Source: Vicugna vicugna (taxonomy: Eukaryota). From it: a stretch of DNA of 64,000 bases. The notes beneath the pieces were generated by a model. That model had not been told where the DNA came from. It worked only from the letters and a program-made list of their open reading frames with translations, and searched no databases. Positions within the stretch are counted from its first letter, which is position 1, and every line of letters begins with the position of its first letter. The DNA lies in contig MU058584.1 of NCBI GenBank assembly GCA_013265495.1, positions 5,732,407-5,796,406 of the forward strand. Reading direction: 5' to 3'. Shown piece by piece: positions 1-13,886 of the stretch. Position numbers and translations under genes: made by a program.

Positions 1-1035
1 TAGTAAGAAATAAGACAAAACTCAATGATTTTTATTATTTATTATATTTTGAAATGATAATATTTATGATATATTGTATTAAATAAAACATTAAAATAAA
101 TTTCATCTCTTTTTAATTTTTAATATGTCTGCTAGAACATTTAAAATTATATTTTTGGCTCATGTAATTTCTGACAGACAGCACTGGTCTAGAACTATGA
201 CATATTCACTGCCAAAATGAAATTAAGCCAAGAAAGCTGAGACTAACTCCCTGTTTGAAACCATTTTCTGCCAAGTCTGATAATCCCCACTTGTCAGTCA
301 TCTGAAGCTCTATGAACAGACCATGGAGAAATCATCCTCATTTCTGTGGTTACTTATCAGAGAAGGTGATCATGGTGACTCTCAACTCTGAGGAAGGCCC
401 CCGACCATCATGGAGAAGTTGGCTTCCTGCTGGCTCAGTGAAATCTCTCCCAGACTTCCCACAGCAGTGGCTTTGGGTACTGACTTTAAAACTGCAACAA
501 ATGCCTGGACTTTGGCTCAGGACATTCCTTCTTTTCTGAACTTCTTATCGCTCACTTCACACCTCTTTGTGGACTGACTCTCCAAGGCTCTTGGCTCCCG
601 AGTTGCGTTTTGCATTAGTTTGATTTGACAGGCTAGCTTTGGATTACTTACCTTATTTCTGCCCTGGTCATAAAGAATATTCACGCTGCACCCAGTCTAA
701 AATCCCCAGATACCTCTGACCAAGGCCTATAGCCTCTTCCCTCACCAGCCCTCACCCCACCCCGGTCTTCCCTGCTCAGAGTAGGTGCATATGTGCACAC
801 ACACACATATTTGAAATAGGAGACCAAGAAGACATCTAAGGATAACAAACTTTTGACCTCTTGCTGTGAAAAAAGGTTGCTATAACATCACCCAGTAATT
901 TCATCACCAAATCATTACGCTGAAAGTGAAGATAAGAAGTAAGTGGATTCTAATTCACATCTCTGCCTCTAGGCACAGTCACACTTCAACCACAGGAGTG
1001 AAAAACGGATGGGCAGAAACAGTGCTCCAACTTAC

Positions 1036-1186
1036 TGCTCATGATGTTTGACTCATAAAACTTGGGGTCATCGCGGATCACCCCCTCGGGATTTTCACAA
1101 AATTTGTAGATGTTGTCCTCGATGTACCAGCTCTTGTTTTCATCAAACACAGCAAACACAGCCTGCTGCTCAATGTCTGCTGCCCT
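1036..1186 (-). CDS. F5: Coagulation factor V exon 11 (A2 domain); gene continues beyond the left edge
   Basis: 151 bp, CAG acceptor, GTAAGT donor; translates [50 protein letters not shown] in phase with exon 10. Confidence 0.96.
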
Positions 1187-2290
1187 CTGGTGGGTAAAAG
1201 TGCTGTGGTCAGTGAGTAATGTCTTAGCCGATTACATACAACACTTGAGTTCCCAGAAACCAAAGGGGCACAGCCCTTGGGGCCAACGAAGCCAAAAAAT
1301 TCAGTCATCTCTAAGTGCATATCGTGTATGGAGCCCTTGTTAGAGCCAAAGGTAGCATATAAAAGCAAACAGGGCAGATCAGAAAATTCAGACTTAAATA
1401 TCCTAACAGAAAAATCCCATTTCAACATGGCAACTGTTACTCTGCTTATCTCTATAAATGAAGACCTTTCAACCTGAATGCTTGGATGTGCTCCAAATAG
1501 TTGCAAAGGATGAAAGAGAAGAGTTCAGTAGGAAAGTTTTATACCTCTCCCTACCTGCTTCCTTTCTTAGCTCAATAAATGAGGGTCTTCCAAATGTCTA
1601 GCTCTGATTTTTCTAGACATATATTTTGTATGCCTTCAGATGAGACTGTTTTGATTATAGCTAAGACTAATTGGGAATTCTAAGTTAATAACGTGAGACT
1701 TCTATTCTTCAATGGAGATAAAGTCAGAAGATCCATATCTTTGTTCACATTCTCCTGTATAATTTAGTCTCACTAGAGGTAGACCATTGTCCGAGTTCAA
1801 CTTCACAAGAAGCTATGACCCCAAGTGTATCTCTCCTCCCCCTATTGCAGGTCTCCACAAATAACCTCTAATAATAAGGATTAGTCCAGAGCTTTACACT
1901 TTTACCCGGTGGTATCTCATTGAGCCCCAGAACAATCCTATACATTTTTAGGAGGGGATAATATCCATTTGATGAAAGGAAGAAATTAAGAGAAGCTAAG
2001 TGATTTGCTCATCACATAGCCGGTACCAACAGATCTTCAATTTGAAAACAACAAACAAAAATACAGTATCACACCGTAGAGTTGCCTTATCCAGTGAAGT
2101 CGTAGGAAAATAGACAAGACAAAAAGGTAACCAAAGAAATAAACATTGTTACATTCCTGTTAAAAAGGACTACTTAATATTTTCTGTTCTCTAGAAGCAA
2201 AAGCCCCATTATTTAACAAGGAGAAACTAATCTTTTCCAGTCAGAAGAAATTCCTGGAATTTCTGAAAGATTACTTCAAGGACAAAGTAC

Positions 2291-2502
2291 CTGTATGCCT
2301 CGCTTATCCAGGGATCTGCTCTTACAAATTAGAAGTAGCCCTATCAGCCCGGAGGCAATGTCCCGTGTAATGTCCACATTACTGTAGTATGGTCTTGTTA
2401 AGCACTGAGCATCGTTTTCTGTGGGTTCATCAGACTCTAGGATGTTCCACTTGTAAGTGTAGGTTTCCCCTGGTTGAACTGCTCTGATCATGGTGTTACT
2501 GC
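2291..2502 (-). CDS. F5: Factor V exon 10, containing the APC cleavage Arg equivalent to human R506 (Leiden site)
   Basis: 212 bp; (G)[21 protein letters not shown]...[15 protein letters not shown] acceptor, GTACTT donor. Confidence 0.97.
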
Positions 2503-2851
2503 CTGAAAGAAAAATATAGTCAAAATTATTTTCATTTTCAAAATTATTTCATGAAAATAAATAAATAAATAATGAATGAGTGAATTAATTAATGAATGAA
2601 AAATAATTGAGCTCTCATTAGTATCAATTAATATTGGGAAAGGAATATTCTTTTTACATTAAGCTCCACTTGGTAGAACTCTGGGTAGCATGTAGCTATT
2701 AGATGTTTCTCCACTAGAGGTCGCTATGGGACAAACAAAGGACACCATATTTTGTAATCAGTAGGGTAAACAAAATCCTTCTGAAGTTAGCAGTGTTTGG
2801 TTGTGACTTTGAGGATGCCCCTCCATGCATACTACCTGACTGTACAAGTTA

Positions 2852-3037
<186 letters not shown>

Positions 3038-4585
3038 CTACAAAATTAACTCAAATTCATTATTTCATGATTTAAGGTCAATCATGAGAATAGAGGATGC
3101 TAGCTTTGTATATTCACTTGTTGGATGGTATGTGGGTATGTGTGTTAATGTGAAATGCAAATTAATTTTGTTTATCTGAGAGGCAACCTCTCCCCTCTCC
3201 TCATCACCTGACAGATGCATTTGAGAGAGTTTCACTCACACAGTAAGGTGAGAAATGGAAAGAGATGTCTGACCTTAGAAGTGACATTTTCCTCATAGTG
3301 TAACACCCTCTCCAAGTTGGTCCTCATCCCTCTTCCCCTCCCCTTTCAGCTAGGACCACAGCTGCCTTTGATTCTGCTCCTTCTCTTCTCTAAACCATGA
3401 TCCCCTTCTCCAGCCTGCCAGATGTTCCAGAACCTCTGTCCTTGAAGCCATCTTCTTGATGGGGCATGACAAATAAATAGACAGATTCTGAATTTCCAAT
3501 GAGCTATATTTACACTTGCTAAGAGTACCTAAAAAGGATCAGAAGTGAGGAAAGGAAAAGAGAAACAGAGACATGCAGCTTTCTGTCCTTTTGTTATTCT
3601 TTAAATGAGCAGAATTGGCCTTGTCTGCAGACATCCTCTTAGTTCATTTCTATGAAGAGGTGAAGGGAGGAGTTTATTCACATAGGAGTCCTAGTTGGGC
3701 TCCTTAAGCTTCAAAAGAGACCCTTAATCTTATCTTCTACTTGGTTGCTTGCCAAAGCATTTGAATCATCCTTAATCTGAAGCTTATCTGCTTTCTAGTA
3801 TCTTGCCAAAGATTGCGCCTTTCAATTCTCTGCTGTCTAGTTCTTGTCAAAAGATAATGTGATGACGTGACGCAACATTTAAGGAAAACTGAAGAAGGTT
3901 CAGTGCTCTTGATGTCAAAAGGTAAGTCAAAATTTACCTCCATCAGAGATCAATCATCAGAGAACTACATATCTAGACTACACTGATGATGATTTCTTTC
4001 ATTCAATTGGGTTATGCTCTCAGCTATAGTAAGAAACATTATCTTAAAAAGCTTTACAAACTTTTAAATGTATTGTACCAGTCGTAGGGATTTTAATCAA
4101 GGATCCCATCTATTACATCACACAGCATCCTCTTTGTAAGGATCCGTGGGAGAAATTCCTTTTCAGTCTTAGTATCAGGGGAAATTGTGCTTCTTTTATG
4201 ACGACTGTGAATTTTGCCCTGACTTATTTCCATTTTTTACCTTGGCTGCTAGAAAGCTTAGGACAAGATTTGCAGACAACATTATAGGAGCATATGGGAT
4301 GTGTTTCATTATATTTATCCTTGACTTTATTTTCTTTGTCTCCATATTATCCTTCACCCCAGTTACATCAACTCTTTGTTTTATTCCTTTATGATTTGAT
4401 AAACTGTCTCAGATTCTTTGTATTATGAGACAGGCTATAATAACTGCAAATACTAAATAAAGACAAAAAGCTGCATTTGAATTAAAAATTATGTGGACAC
4501 ATTAAAAAGTAAATAAATAACCAGTACTTTTAACCTGTTAGTCACTGTTTAATTTCTTCCACGGTTCTGTATTTCTGTTACTTAC

Positions 4586-4763
4586 TTTAAGTGTGTCTCT
4601 GACCTGGGCTCTGATAACAGGGCCCAAGAGCCCATCTTCTTTGATATTGGGATTCTCGATGCGTTTGGTGAAGGACTCATCTTGGTACTGTTTGTAGACA
4701 ACCTTCTTATAATGTTTTCCAATTTGGTTTGAGAAATTATCCAAATGAAGAGACCTATATTTT
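4586..4763 (-). CDS. F5: Factor V exon 8
   Basis: 178 bp; ...[55 protein letters not shown] acceptor, GTAAGT donor. Confidence 0.96.
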
Positions 4764-5129
4764 CTTAAAGTGAAATGGAATTTTTAAAATTAAATTATCT
4801 TCTCAAGTAGAGACCCCAAATAGGATGGGGAAACCCTTGTGCTTAGAAGTTCTGCTCTTGAAATAGCTAAAATGCTAAATTTTCTTTTTAAAAAACTTCA
4901 TGTGGTTTGCAAAGTCCTGATATTTTCTCTCTGGCTGGAAAACTGGAAGCCTCTGATCTGTCTCCTCCACCACTGATAAAATCATAATTATGGTTAGAAG
5001 TAGCTACTTAGATCTTCCTGTTACTCTGGTTGCTAGAGTAGACATTAACTATCTCTGGGGAAAGGTCTACCTGGATGAAAGGATAAGATACATTACAAAT
5101 TTTTCTTAAGTCTTTCTGTTTTTTAAAAA

Positions 5130-5445
5130 AGCACCTTTATTGTGGTATGATTTCTGTACAGTAAACTATACATATTTCAGATATACAATTTTGATATATG
5201 TATGCAGCAGTGAAACCACTACCACAATCAAGATATCTAACATTTCCATCACTCCCTAAGAGGTGCAACTTTCAAATTCCCAATTTATCCCTTCTCACCC
5301 TCTTTACCCCCTTGTAACCATAAGTTTGTTCTCTATGTCTGTGAGTCTGTTTCTGTTTTGTAGATAAGTTCGTCTGTGTCCTTTTATCTAGATTTCACAT
5401 GTAAGCAGTATCATACGGCATTTTTCTTTCTCTTTCTGGCTTATT
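5130..5445 (-). mobile_element. LINE-1 3'UTR fragments (older L1M-like piece followed by a younger lineage L1 piece)
   Basis: 5267-5445 resembles the L1 3'UTR copy at 41750-42187 (gtttgttctctatgtctgtgagtctgtttctgttttgtagataagttcg); boundaries approximate. Confidence 0.7.
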
Positions 5446-5999
5446 AGAATATTAAGTCTTTCTTATTGCTTAATTTATGATATCTATTGGCTTCCCAGGT
5501 GTTTCTCAATCTCTAAAAGCACTTTCCTATTCCAGGAAGCTTTTACTGTCTTTATTAGACATAGTTCTGTGCTGTTGCACTATCCTTTCTACTATCTGCC
5601 CAATTCTGATGCCAGTTGTAAACCAACTGCCATCACCAATTTTCTGTAGCTACTGCACTAAATGACTTAGGGGCAGCAACATGAATGCAACCACTTTCCC
5701 CTTTGGTCCTTTTTATTGCCTTCATTTACAAAAGCAGAAACTCCATGATAGAGTTTATCCATTTTTTTATACAATGAAAAGTACTGACTATTGCTATAGA
5801 GTCCTGGATTCTTATTTCAACATTAACTTCACTAACCCTCCCTGCATTTTCTTAATATTCACTTGTGCTAATTTCATGTATATCGTGCCAGAGCACCTTT
5901 ATGCAAATATGACTTGCACATATAAATAATATTATCCTCTCACTCCTTTAACAAAAGGCAGATATGTATATATTTTGTGCTATACCTTGACATTTTTTG

Positions 6000-8330
6000 G
6001 CATTTTTCCAGCTTTGTTATGGTATAATCAACAAATTTATATATTTGAGGTGTACAACATAATGATTTATATATATATATACACATATATATATATGTAT
6101 ATATATATGTGATTACCACAATCAAGCTAATTACCATTTCCATCACATTACCTGGTACTATTTTTTTTTAATTTTGTGGTGAAAATACTTAAGATCTATT
6201 ATCTTAACAAATTTCAAGTATACAATACAATGTTATTAACTATAGTAATATACCATACTGTGTATCAGGTATCCAGATCAGTATCTCCCTGTTCTTCTCA
6301 CCTGCTAGCCCCTGGAAACCACCATTATGCTCTCTGCTTTAATGAGTTCAACTTGTTTAGATTCCACATATAAGTGAGCTCATGTGGTGTTTATCATTCT
6401 GTGTCTGGAATATTTCACTTAGCCTGATGCCCTGAAGGTTCATCCATGTTGTTGCCAATGGCAGGATTTCCTTCTTTTTTGAGGCTGAATAATATTCCAT
6501 TGTATATATACATTCCTTAAATACCTAACTTGTTGAGCGTTTTTAATCTTAAAAGGATGTGGAATTTTGTCAGATGCGTTTTTCTTTATTAAACTTCTTA
6601 TTTTGTTCATGCATTGTTTTCCTGATTTCATATAGTTGTCTATCTACATTATCTTGTACCTCACTGAGCTTCTTTAAGATGATCATTTTAAATTCTTTGT
6701 CAGGCAGTTTGTAGATCTCTATTTCTTTTTCATTGGTTACTGGAGCTTTATTAGCTCCCTTTGGTGATGTTGTATTGTCTGATTCTTTGTGATTTATGTA
6801 GCCTTATGTTGGTGTCTATGCATTTGAAGGAGCAAACACCCTCTTCCTGTCTTTATGGACAGATTTTGGCAGGTAAAGACCTTCTTCTGACAGGTTTTCA
6901 GGTTGATAGAATTGCCTCTAGGATCACAGTTGCATGAGCATGGAACCAGATCACAAGGGCTGCTGCTGAGCCTGCAGCAGCATCTGTGGTTGGCAGGCCT
7001 TTTGCCAGGGGCTCAGATGGGCACAGACCCTGGCTGGTCCCTGGGAAGATGGAATTGCCTTCAAGACCTTGCTCAGTCCCAGAGCTGGCACTGGGATAAT
7101 GGTACGCTCCAAGGTTCACAGTTGGCTTTGCAAATGGTAAGCCTGTTAGAGGTATGTAGATGGATGTCACTCTAATCTGGGCCTTTGGAGGGCTCCCCCT
7201 GGGTCACTGGCTAGGTCCCTTAGTTGGCAGGACTGCTTCTGAACTGCAGTTTGGAGGGCTGGAGCTAGATGACAGGGCCACTTCAAAATCTGTAATAGGA
7301 CCAAGGCTTGCAGGCCAGCCTCCGGGGCATGAATGGGTGTGACTGTCAGCAGGCCCCTGAGCAGGCAGGACTACTCTTGGACCATGGCTGGGATGGGGCT
7401 GGATCTAGTTATGGGGCTGCTTTAAGGTCCATAGTCAGACTGAGGTTTGCAGGTCAGCCTCCAGGGTCATGGACAGGTGGGATTCATCTTGGGTCCCTTG
7501 TCAAATGGTGCTAGTGGCAGGACCAAGGTTAAGCGGGGCTGTAGCTGAGTCTATAAGAGGATGAGACTATTTCCAAAGTAGCTGGGATCACGGTCAGTGT
7601 ACCTTCCACTTGAGCATGCGTTTGCTTTTTCAAAACAGCCTTCCTTGATTGTGGCTTTCACTGGGATTTTGCAAGTTCCCACTTTGATCTCAAAGCTTTC
7701 ACAAAGGCACTTGTGTTTGTGATTGTGTAATTTGGCTGCCAAATTATTTTCGCTGTGAGGAGATACAAATGAGGGGCCTGCTATTCTACCATCTTGCTCC
7801 CTTGACTTTCTAATTTTAAAATATTTCTTGGAGATCTTTTTATGTTAGTACGTAGAGAGTGTTTGCATACTTTTAAAAACAGTTGCATAGTGTTCCATTA
7901 TATGGATGTACCATGATTTATGAAACTAATTTCCTATTGACAGATATTTTGGGTTGCTTCCAACCTTTTGCTACTACTAACAGTGCAGCAGTGAACATTC
8001 TATACATACATCACTTCACCTGTAAACTAGTATATTTATATAGTAAATTCCCAGAGTGAGATTGCTCAGTCGAAAGATATATATATGCATTTGTAATTTT
8101 AACACATATTGCCAAATGATCTTCTAAAGTGGCTTTTCCAGTTTACTCCTTCACCAGCAATATATGATAGAGCTTGTTTCCCACAGCCTTGCTAATAGAT
8201 TATGTCATCTGAACTTGTGAATCTGACAGGTGAAAAATAGTATTTCAGAGAAACTTAATTTGTATATTTCTCTAACTGGGAGTAAACTTGAGTATTTTTT
8301 CAAGTGTTTAAGAGCTATTGGAATTTCCAA
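6000..8330 (-). mobile_element. Degenerate old LINE-1 (L1M-type) fragments with an internal (TA)n microsatellite
   Basis: Antisense L1 3'-end motifs (ggttcatccatgttgttgccaatggcaggatttcc; ataatattccattgtatatat) and an L1 5'-end-like ccatcttg near 7790; (TA)n at ~6068-6108; boundaries approximate. Confidence 0.65.
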
Positions 8331-8569
8331 ATTTCTTAATCTCAGCGACACATTTTCTAATCTACAAAATAAATAAGAGCTGTTTCTAACTTGTGGAGTT
8401 AAAACAAAGCTATTAGAAAGGGTTTAACAGTGCTTGGCAATAGCAAGCAATCAACAAATGGTAGCTGCTATTATTAGTATTATTATTGTTACTACTACTA
8501 CTACTGTTATTATGCTAAGCTCTCTTGGTGAGTTTGGAGTAATTCCAGACTGATTTGAAAAAGAAGACC

Positions 8570-9314
8570 TGGGAGATTCCTCAAAAAACTAAAAATAGAC
8601 TTAGCATATAATACAGCAATGCCACTCCTGGGCATATATCTGGAGGGAACTCTAATTCAAAAAGATACATGCACCCCAATGTTCATAGCCCTGCTATATA
8701 CAATAGCCAAGACATGGAAGCAACCTAAATGCCCATTGACAACTGGATAAAGAAGTTGTGGTATATTTATATGATGGAATATTACTCAGCCATAAAAAAG
8801 AATAAAAATGCCATTTGCAGCAACATGGATGGACCTAGAGATCATCATTCTAAGTGAAGTAAGCCAGAAAGAGAAAGAAAAATACCATATAATATCACTC
8901 ATATGTGGAATCTAAAAAAAAAGAAAAAAAAAGGACACTAATGAACTCATCTACAAAACAGAAACAGACTCACAGACACAGTAAACAATCTTATGATTAC
9001 TGGGGGAAAGGGGAGGAAGGGATAAATTTGCAAATGTTAGCCATTATATATAAAAACAGATTAAAAAAACCAAGTTTCTTCCATATAGTACAGGGAACCA
9101 TATTCAATACCTTGTAATAACCTATAATGAATGACACAACATTGTAAAATGACTATAACTCAATTAAAAAAGTTAAAAATAAATAAATAAATTAGGGAAA
9201 AAAACCTATAATGAAAAAGAATATGAAAGCAAATATATGTATGTATGTGCATGACTGGGACATTGTGCTATACACCAGAAATTGATATATTGTAACTGTA
9301 CTTCAATAAAAAAA
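8570..9314 (+). mobile_element. 5'-truncated LINE-1 (ORF2 end plus 3'UTR) with target-site duplication
   Basis: ccactcctgggcatatatc, atgccatttgcagcaacatggatggacctagag, A-tail; near-perfect flanking repeat aaaaagaagacc (8558-8569) / aaaaggaagacc (9315-9326). Confidence 0.9.
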
Positions 9315-9453
9315 AAAAGGAAGACCCAAATGGAATCCAATAAATGTATTATCTTGAAAGCTGTCAATACATGACATTTCCCCCCCACGTATCTAGGACC
9401 CTATGGGACATGTCTTGAGCCTTTGCACATTGGTAAGAACCCCCAAAACTCAC

Positions 9454-9619
9454 TTGTCCATGTTTGCTGGTATTATAGGTGCATAGTCCCAAATGACTTC
9501 CTCTGCAGCAATGAAGTATTCCCACCTCTTAATGTGCCGCCTCTGGTCTCGGGTTAGTTTCTTAGGATTCCTGGTTTTCTTTGCACAGTTTTCAATGTCT
9601 ATGTAAGCCTGCATCCCAG
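9454..9619 (-). CDS. F5: Factor V exon 7 (A1/A2 junction, APC site R306)
   Basis: 166 bp; [58 protein letters not shown] acceptor, GTGAGT donor. Confidence 0.97.
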
Positions 9620-10896
9620 CTGAGTTAGGACATAAAGACAACGAAAGAATTTGAGAGAAGAAATTAAGGCTCATCAAAATGCATACCTTTTAAATAAATT
9701 TGTGGAAGGTTTAAATAATAGCAGTGAAAGTAATGCATAGGCAACTGGAACATTTTGGTTTGGAGCTCTTTTAGTACAGTAGAGAAGGACAAGAATAAAA
9801 AGCAAAGGAAAGAGAGGGTAGGTCAGGGAAAAACTTGGGAAGATTTCCTTTCTTTCTTCCAGAGAAGGAAAATTTCTCATAATTTCCAGATCCGTAATAC
9901 CTTATGACTTAGGTCTTACCAATTTCTCATTTTTCCTGTCATCTATTCCTTTATTCATAAAATGAAGATATTGCTAGTATGTACTGTATAAAATTATTGT
10001 TAAAATGAAAGATAGTACAAAAAGCACTTAACCTCAATAGTGTTAGTTTTGTTGTTACTGTTTTATTATTATCTGGAATTCTATCTCCCAGGGATATTGT
10101 GACAATTTCATTACTTCAAATACAGTTTTGACTATTCAGTGTGGAAAATGAAATGACCCCATAAAGTGCCTCTTATGTGTCTTGCTTTTATACACATTAT
10201 GTTGGTAACACAATGATTTCCTATAGTGATATTATTTACTTTTATTTTAGTCTGTTTACAGGAGCCCTCCTCCCAACAGTCTTAAAACAGAAATGTGTGA
10301 TAGAATAATTAGTTAGTTTGTTTTTGTGATTCTATATAATAACCTATGCTGATTTTTTTCCCCCACCAGAACTCACCAATGTTCTTTAAAGCTCACTCCT
10401 CAGCTGGTTAGAGATTTTTTTTTTCCTTGCAACATACGTATCTTGGGTTCCTCTTTGTGCCAGGCCTTGTGCTTATCTTATTATAAAAGATAATCTTTTC
10501 ATGTTAAAACTTTACACTTTCTGTATCTTGGTACTTCTATAAATATCCAGATCTTTGACTTGTTCCAATACCTAGTTCTTTTGCTTTAACTGCATATTAA
10601 ATACCCCAAGAAAGAATATATGTATGTTTTTGTTTCCTTTCTCCTTTCAAGGAAGTAGAGACCTCTTTGGCTTTTGCTTCAGTTTAAAAAAAATCTGTCA
10701 ATTTCTCTACTTCCTCCATTTCCCAACTAATGTATTAGAAGTCTAAAAGCAAAATATCTAAATTCTGTTCTTAGGGACCAAGGCATGTACCTTTGGAGTG
10801 TGGGTGGATTGAAAGGGCAAAGGAGAATGAGGGAGTTTGTGCTTAGGAAGAAAGGATCCTACATTCATAAGCAAGACTGTTGGAAGAATTTCTTGC

Positions 10897-11118
10897 CTTG
10901 AAAATGTTTTGGGATGAGAGAAGATACGATCCACTTTCCCTGTGGGCTCGCAGTCATGTTTGCAGTAGTGGATGTAGCACTGACGAGAGTGATGGCTGAG
11001 ATCTTATGATGGTTCTGCTCCAGGACCTGGCCATTGAAATGAATGGAGAACAGTTCTGGTCCAGAGCTCATTCCAATCAGATGCCAACTGATGTGATCAT
11101 AGGCACAAACTGTTATAT
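10897..11118 (-). CDS. F5: Factor V exon 6 (followed by a GC-AG intron)
   Basis: 222 bp; [56 protein letters not shown]...PKHFQ; donor reads CAAG|GCAAGA. Confidence 0.96.
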
Positions 11119-13742
11119 CTGAAGGAGAGGGAGAGATGGTGGCCAAAACAGGCAATTAGCAGTCTGTGATTAAAAATAAAATCACTCACCAGATACATAT
11201 TGAGTGCCTGCTATACATCAAGTATTGTGCAAGGTTCTGAGGGTATAGACACTCCAATTGTGGTTCCTGCCCTAAAAAAGCAGACATCTCAGAGGAGGGC
11301 AAACAAGCAGCCAGAACTCATTGCAATATGTGGTACTAAAGAGCCCAGAGACAGGGAGTGTTAGCTCAGAAATGTAGGGATTGCTAAGGAATTAGGCCCA
11401 AGAGAGAAGCAAGTAGGTGACCCACCATCCTGGTTTACCCAGGACTGAGGGCTTTCCCAGGATGCAGAACTCTGTGTTAGAACTGAGGAAGTCCTAGGCA
11501 AGCTGAGAAGTTGGCCACTCTAAAACCAATCTGGGCTCAGCTGGAGGGAGTTACCAGAGCCTCTAATAGGACTGAGTTTAAGGGTCTAATCCTGTAATCA
11601 TAAAGGGCCTGATCCTAAGAGGAAGAAGGTGTGAAGATGCTTTAAGGATTTTATATTGCCTCTTTACCTACTTGTTGATTGTTTTAATGACAAGGCAACG
11701 AGCTACTCTGTGGGTTATAGGATCTCCTTAAAATGTAGTGGACAAATCCTCATTATGCTGGGCCGCTGGGAACATTTCATGGAGGGAGTAATGAGAACTG
11801 AGTACAAAAGCTGTTTTGCTCTTTCTTTGCTCCCACAGCAACTGAGAAAATGCTAATTTGCTCTGTGGGAGATTCCAACCCTGGCTTCTATCCTTGGCTT
11901 GGGTTTTAAATTTCAGATCTGTAATAATTAGATACTAGACCCTGAAGCTGTGAATCATTCCCTTACCCAAAGAGGGACAAAGAGCGTGTCTTTTTTAGAC
12001 TGTTGTAACAAGGCAGATTCCTGTTCTCACAGGTAAGAACAGGAAGCTAGAAGGTAGAAGGCTTTGGTGGAAGCATTTATCTACCCCAAATCAATGCTTA
12101 TATTGGGCTCAGCATTTAATATATCTATATTAGCATTTATCATATTTATTCAATTTACACTGCTCCATAGGCAGTTTTACAGGCATTAATTAGCTTTTCT
12201 TAGTTTCTACTAATGACATTTTCTTACCTTGCCCTTATTAACCTCAACTACTCTATCTTTTCCAACTATAAATTTATGAACTCTATATCCTGATGGAGTT
12301 ATTAATTTTTTGCTTTTGTGTGTATTTTTTGGCTTCTCTCTATGTTTACATAGATGATTCACTCTGCCAGGATACAGATACAATTTCTCTTTTGACCACT
12401 CCCCTCTAAGACCCATAGTACTAGACATGCTATTTTATCTAAAAAAAAAAAAATCTTAAACACCCTCTGCACCAGGATAGATGGTTAATCCATTTTTGTA
12501 AGTAAGCACATTGACCACACTAAGGTAGAAAAGTGAGCAAGGTGTGAGCTCAGATGTCCTAAGGGAGATGTCAGTTAACTGAGCTTTAAAACTCTGAATT
12601 ACAACCCAGAGTCATCTGAATGTATTTATAATAACCTAGGTGGAGAGATGGAATCAAATGAAATAGAAGAATGCAATTTAAAAGCAGTGTCTAGACCTCA
12701 ACTTTTTTTTTCTTTCCCATAAGCTTTATTGAGGTATAAACTATACACAATAAAATGCATCTATTCTTAGTGTAAAGCTCAATGAGTTGTGACAAATGTC
12801 TATGCCCGTATTACCATCATCACAATCAAGATTTAGGATATTTGCATCACCCCAAATAGTTCCCTCATGACCCTCTGCAGCAACACTTTCGCACTCTTAG
12901 TCCCAGACAACTGTTTAGACCTCAACTCTTGAAGTGTTATTTTTAGTAAAAGAAGCTATTGTGATTTTCAAATATAGAGTATGGCCTCTGAGAAACTTAG
13001 TGTTTTGAAGCATAGTTTACTTAATAAAGTTATATTTTGATTTTTTCCAATTTTTTCCCCCTACAAGAGCTTTGGTTCTAGGTCATTTCTATCAGAGAGA
13101 AGTAGAAGAGGTAGAAGTGGGAGCCAATTGTTTTTTCTTTTGACAATTGTTATAGTTTTGCTTGTTCACAAGAGTCTACATGCAAATGAAAAGAGAAAAA
13201 CATCCTACATGCAATTGAATGTTGCTCAGCCATCACCTTTTGAAATGCTAATAGTATTTTTGTATGTTGCATATTTCTTCTAATCTATTCATCTTCACTG
13301 TAAGTGTCTTCATTGCATTCTTCCTGCTTGACCCTTCCTGCAGGGATTGACCTGGGAGTTTGTCTATAGGGCTTCTTCTGTGGACGAAGGTGTAGTCACC
13401 ATGCAGCAGGGACCACACAACTCACTGAAAGAGACTAAGATGATATCCTGGAGGTCTTTCCGGAGAGGCAGCCCAAGGTGAAACCTGCTCAGAGCACTAC
13501 ATCTAATAAGACTGCACACTTCTTCTCTTAGGTAGCTTCTAATTTGTCTGTTATACTTACTAGTTTTTTTTTTTTAAAGATGAAAAAATCTTGAGAACCA
13601 CTGAACTGGATAATAGTACCTTTCAGAGTAGGAGTTAAAAAATAGTGAGTATGGTCAACATCCCTAGTGCCTTGAGGAAAACAACAGGACCAACGGTACT
13701 AATGCTTCAACTGTTGGATAGTGTGCACAGCCCACATGTTAC

Positions 13743-13886
13743 CTGGTATTGTCCCATTCACGTAGCCATTGACTGTGTACATTAGGGATGATGACTGGTT
13801 CCAGCTTTTACTTTCATCAAACACAGCAAACATCAGTACCTGTTGCTTGTCAAACATCTTCTGAATCCCATCCTCAGTTAGGGTGC
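13743..13886 (-). CDS. F5: Factor V exon 5
   Basis: 144 bp; [51 protein letters not shown] acceptor, GTAACA donor. Confidence 0.97.
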
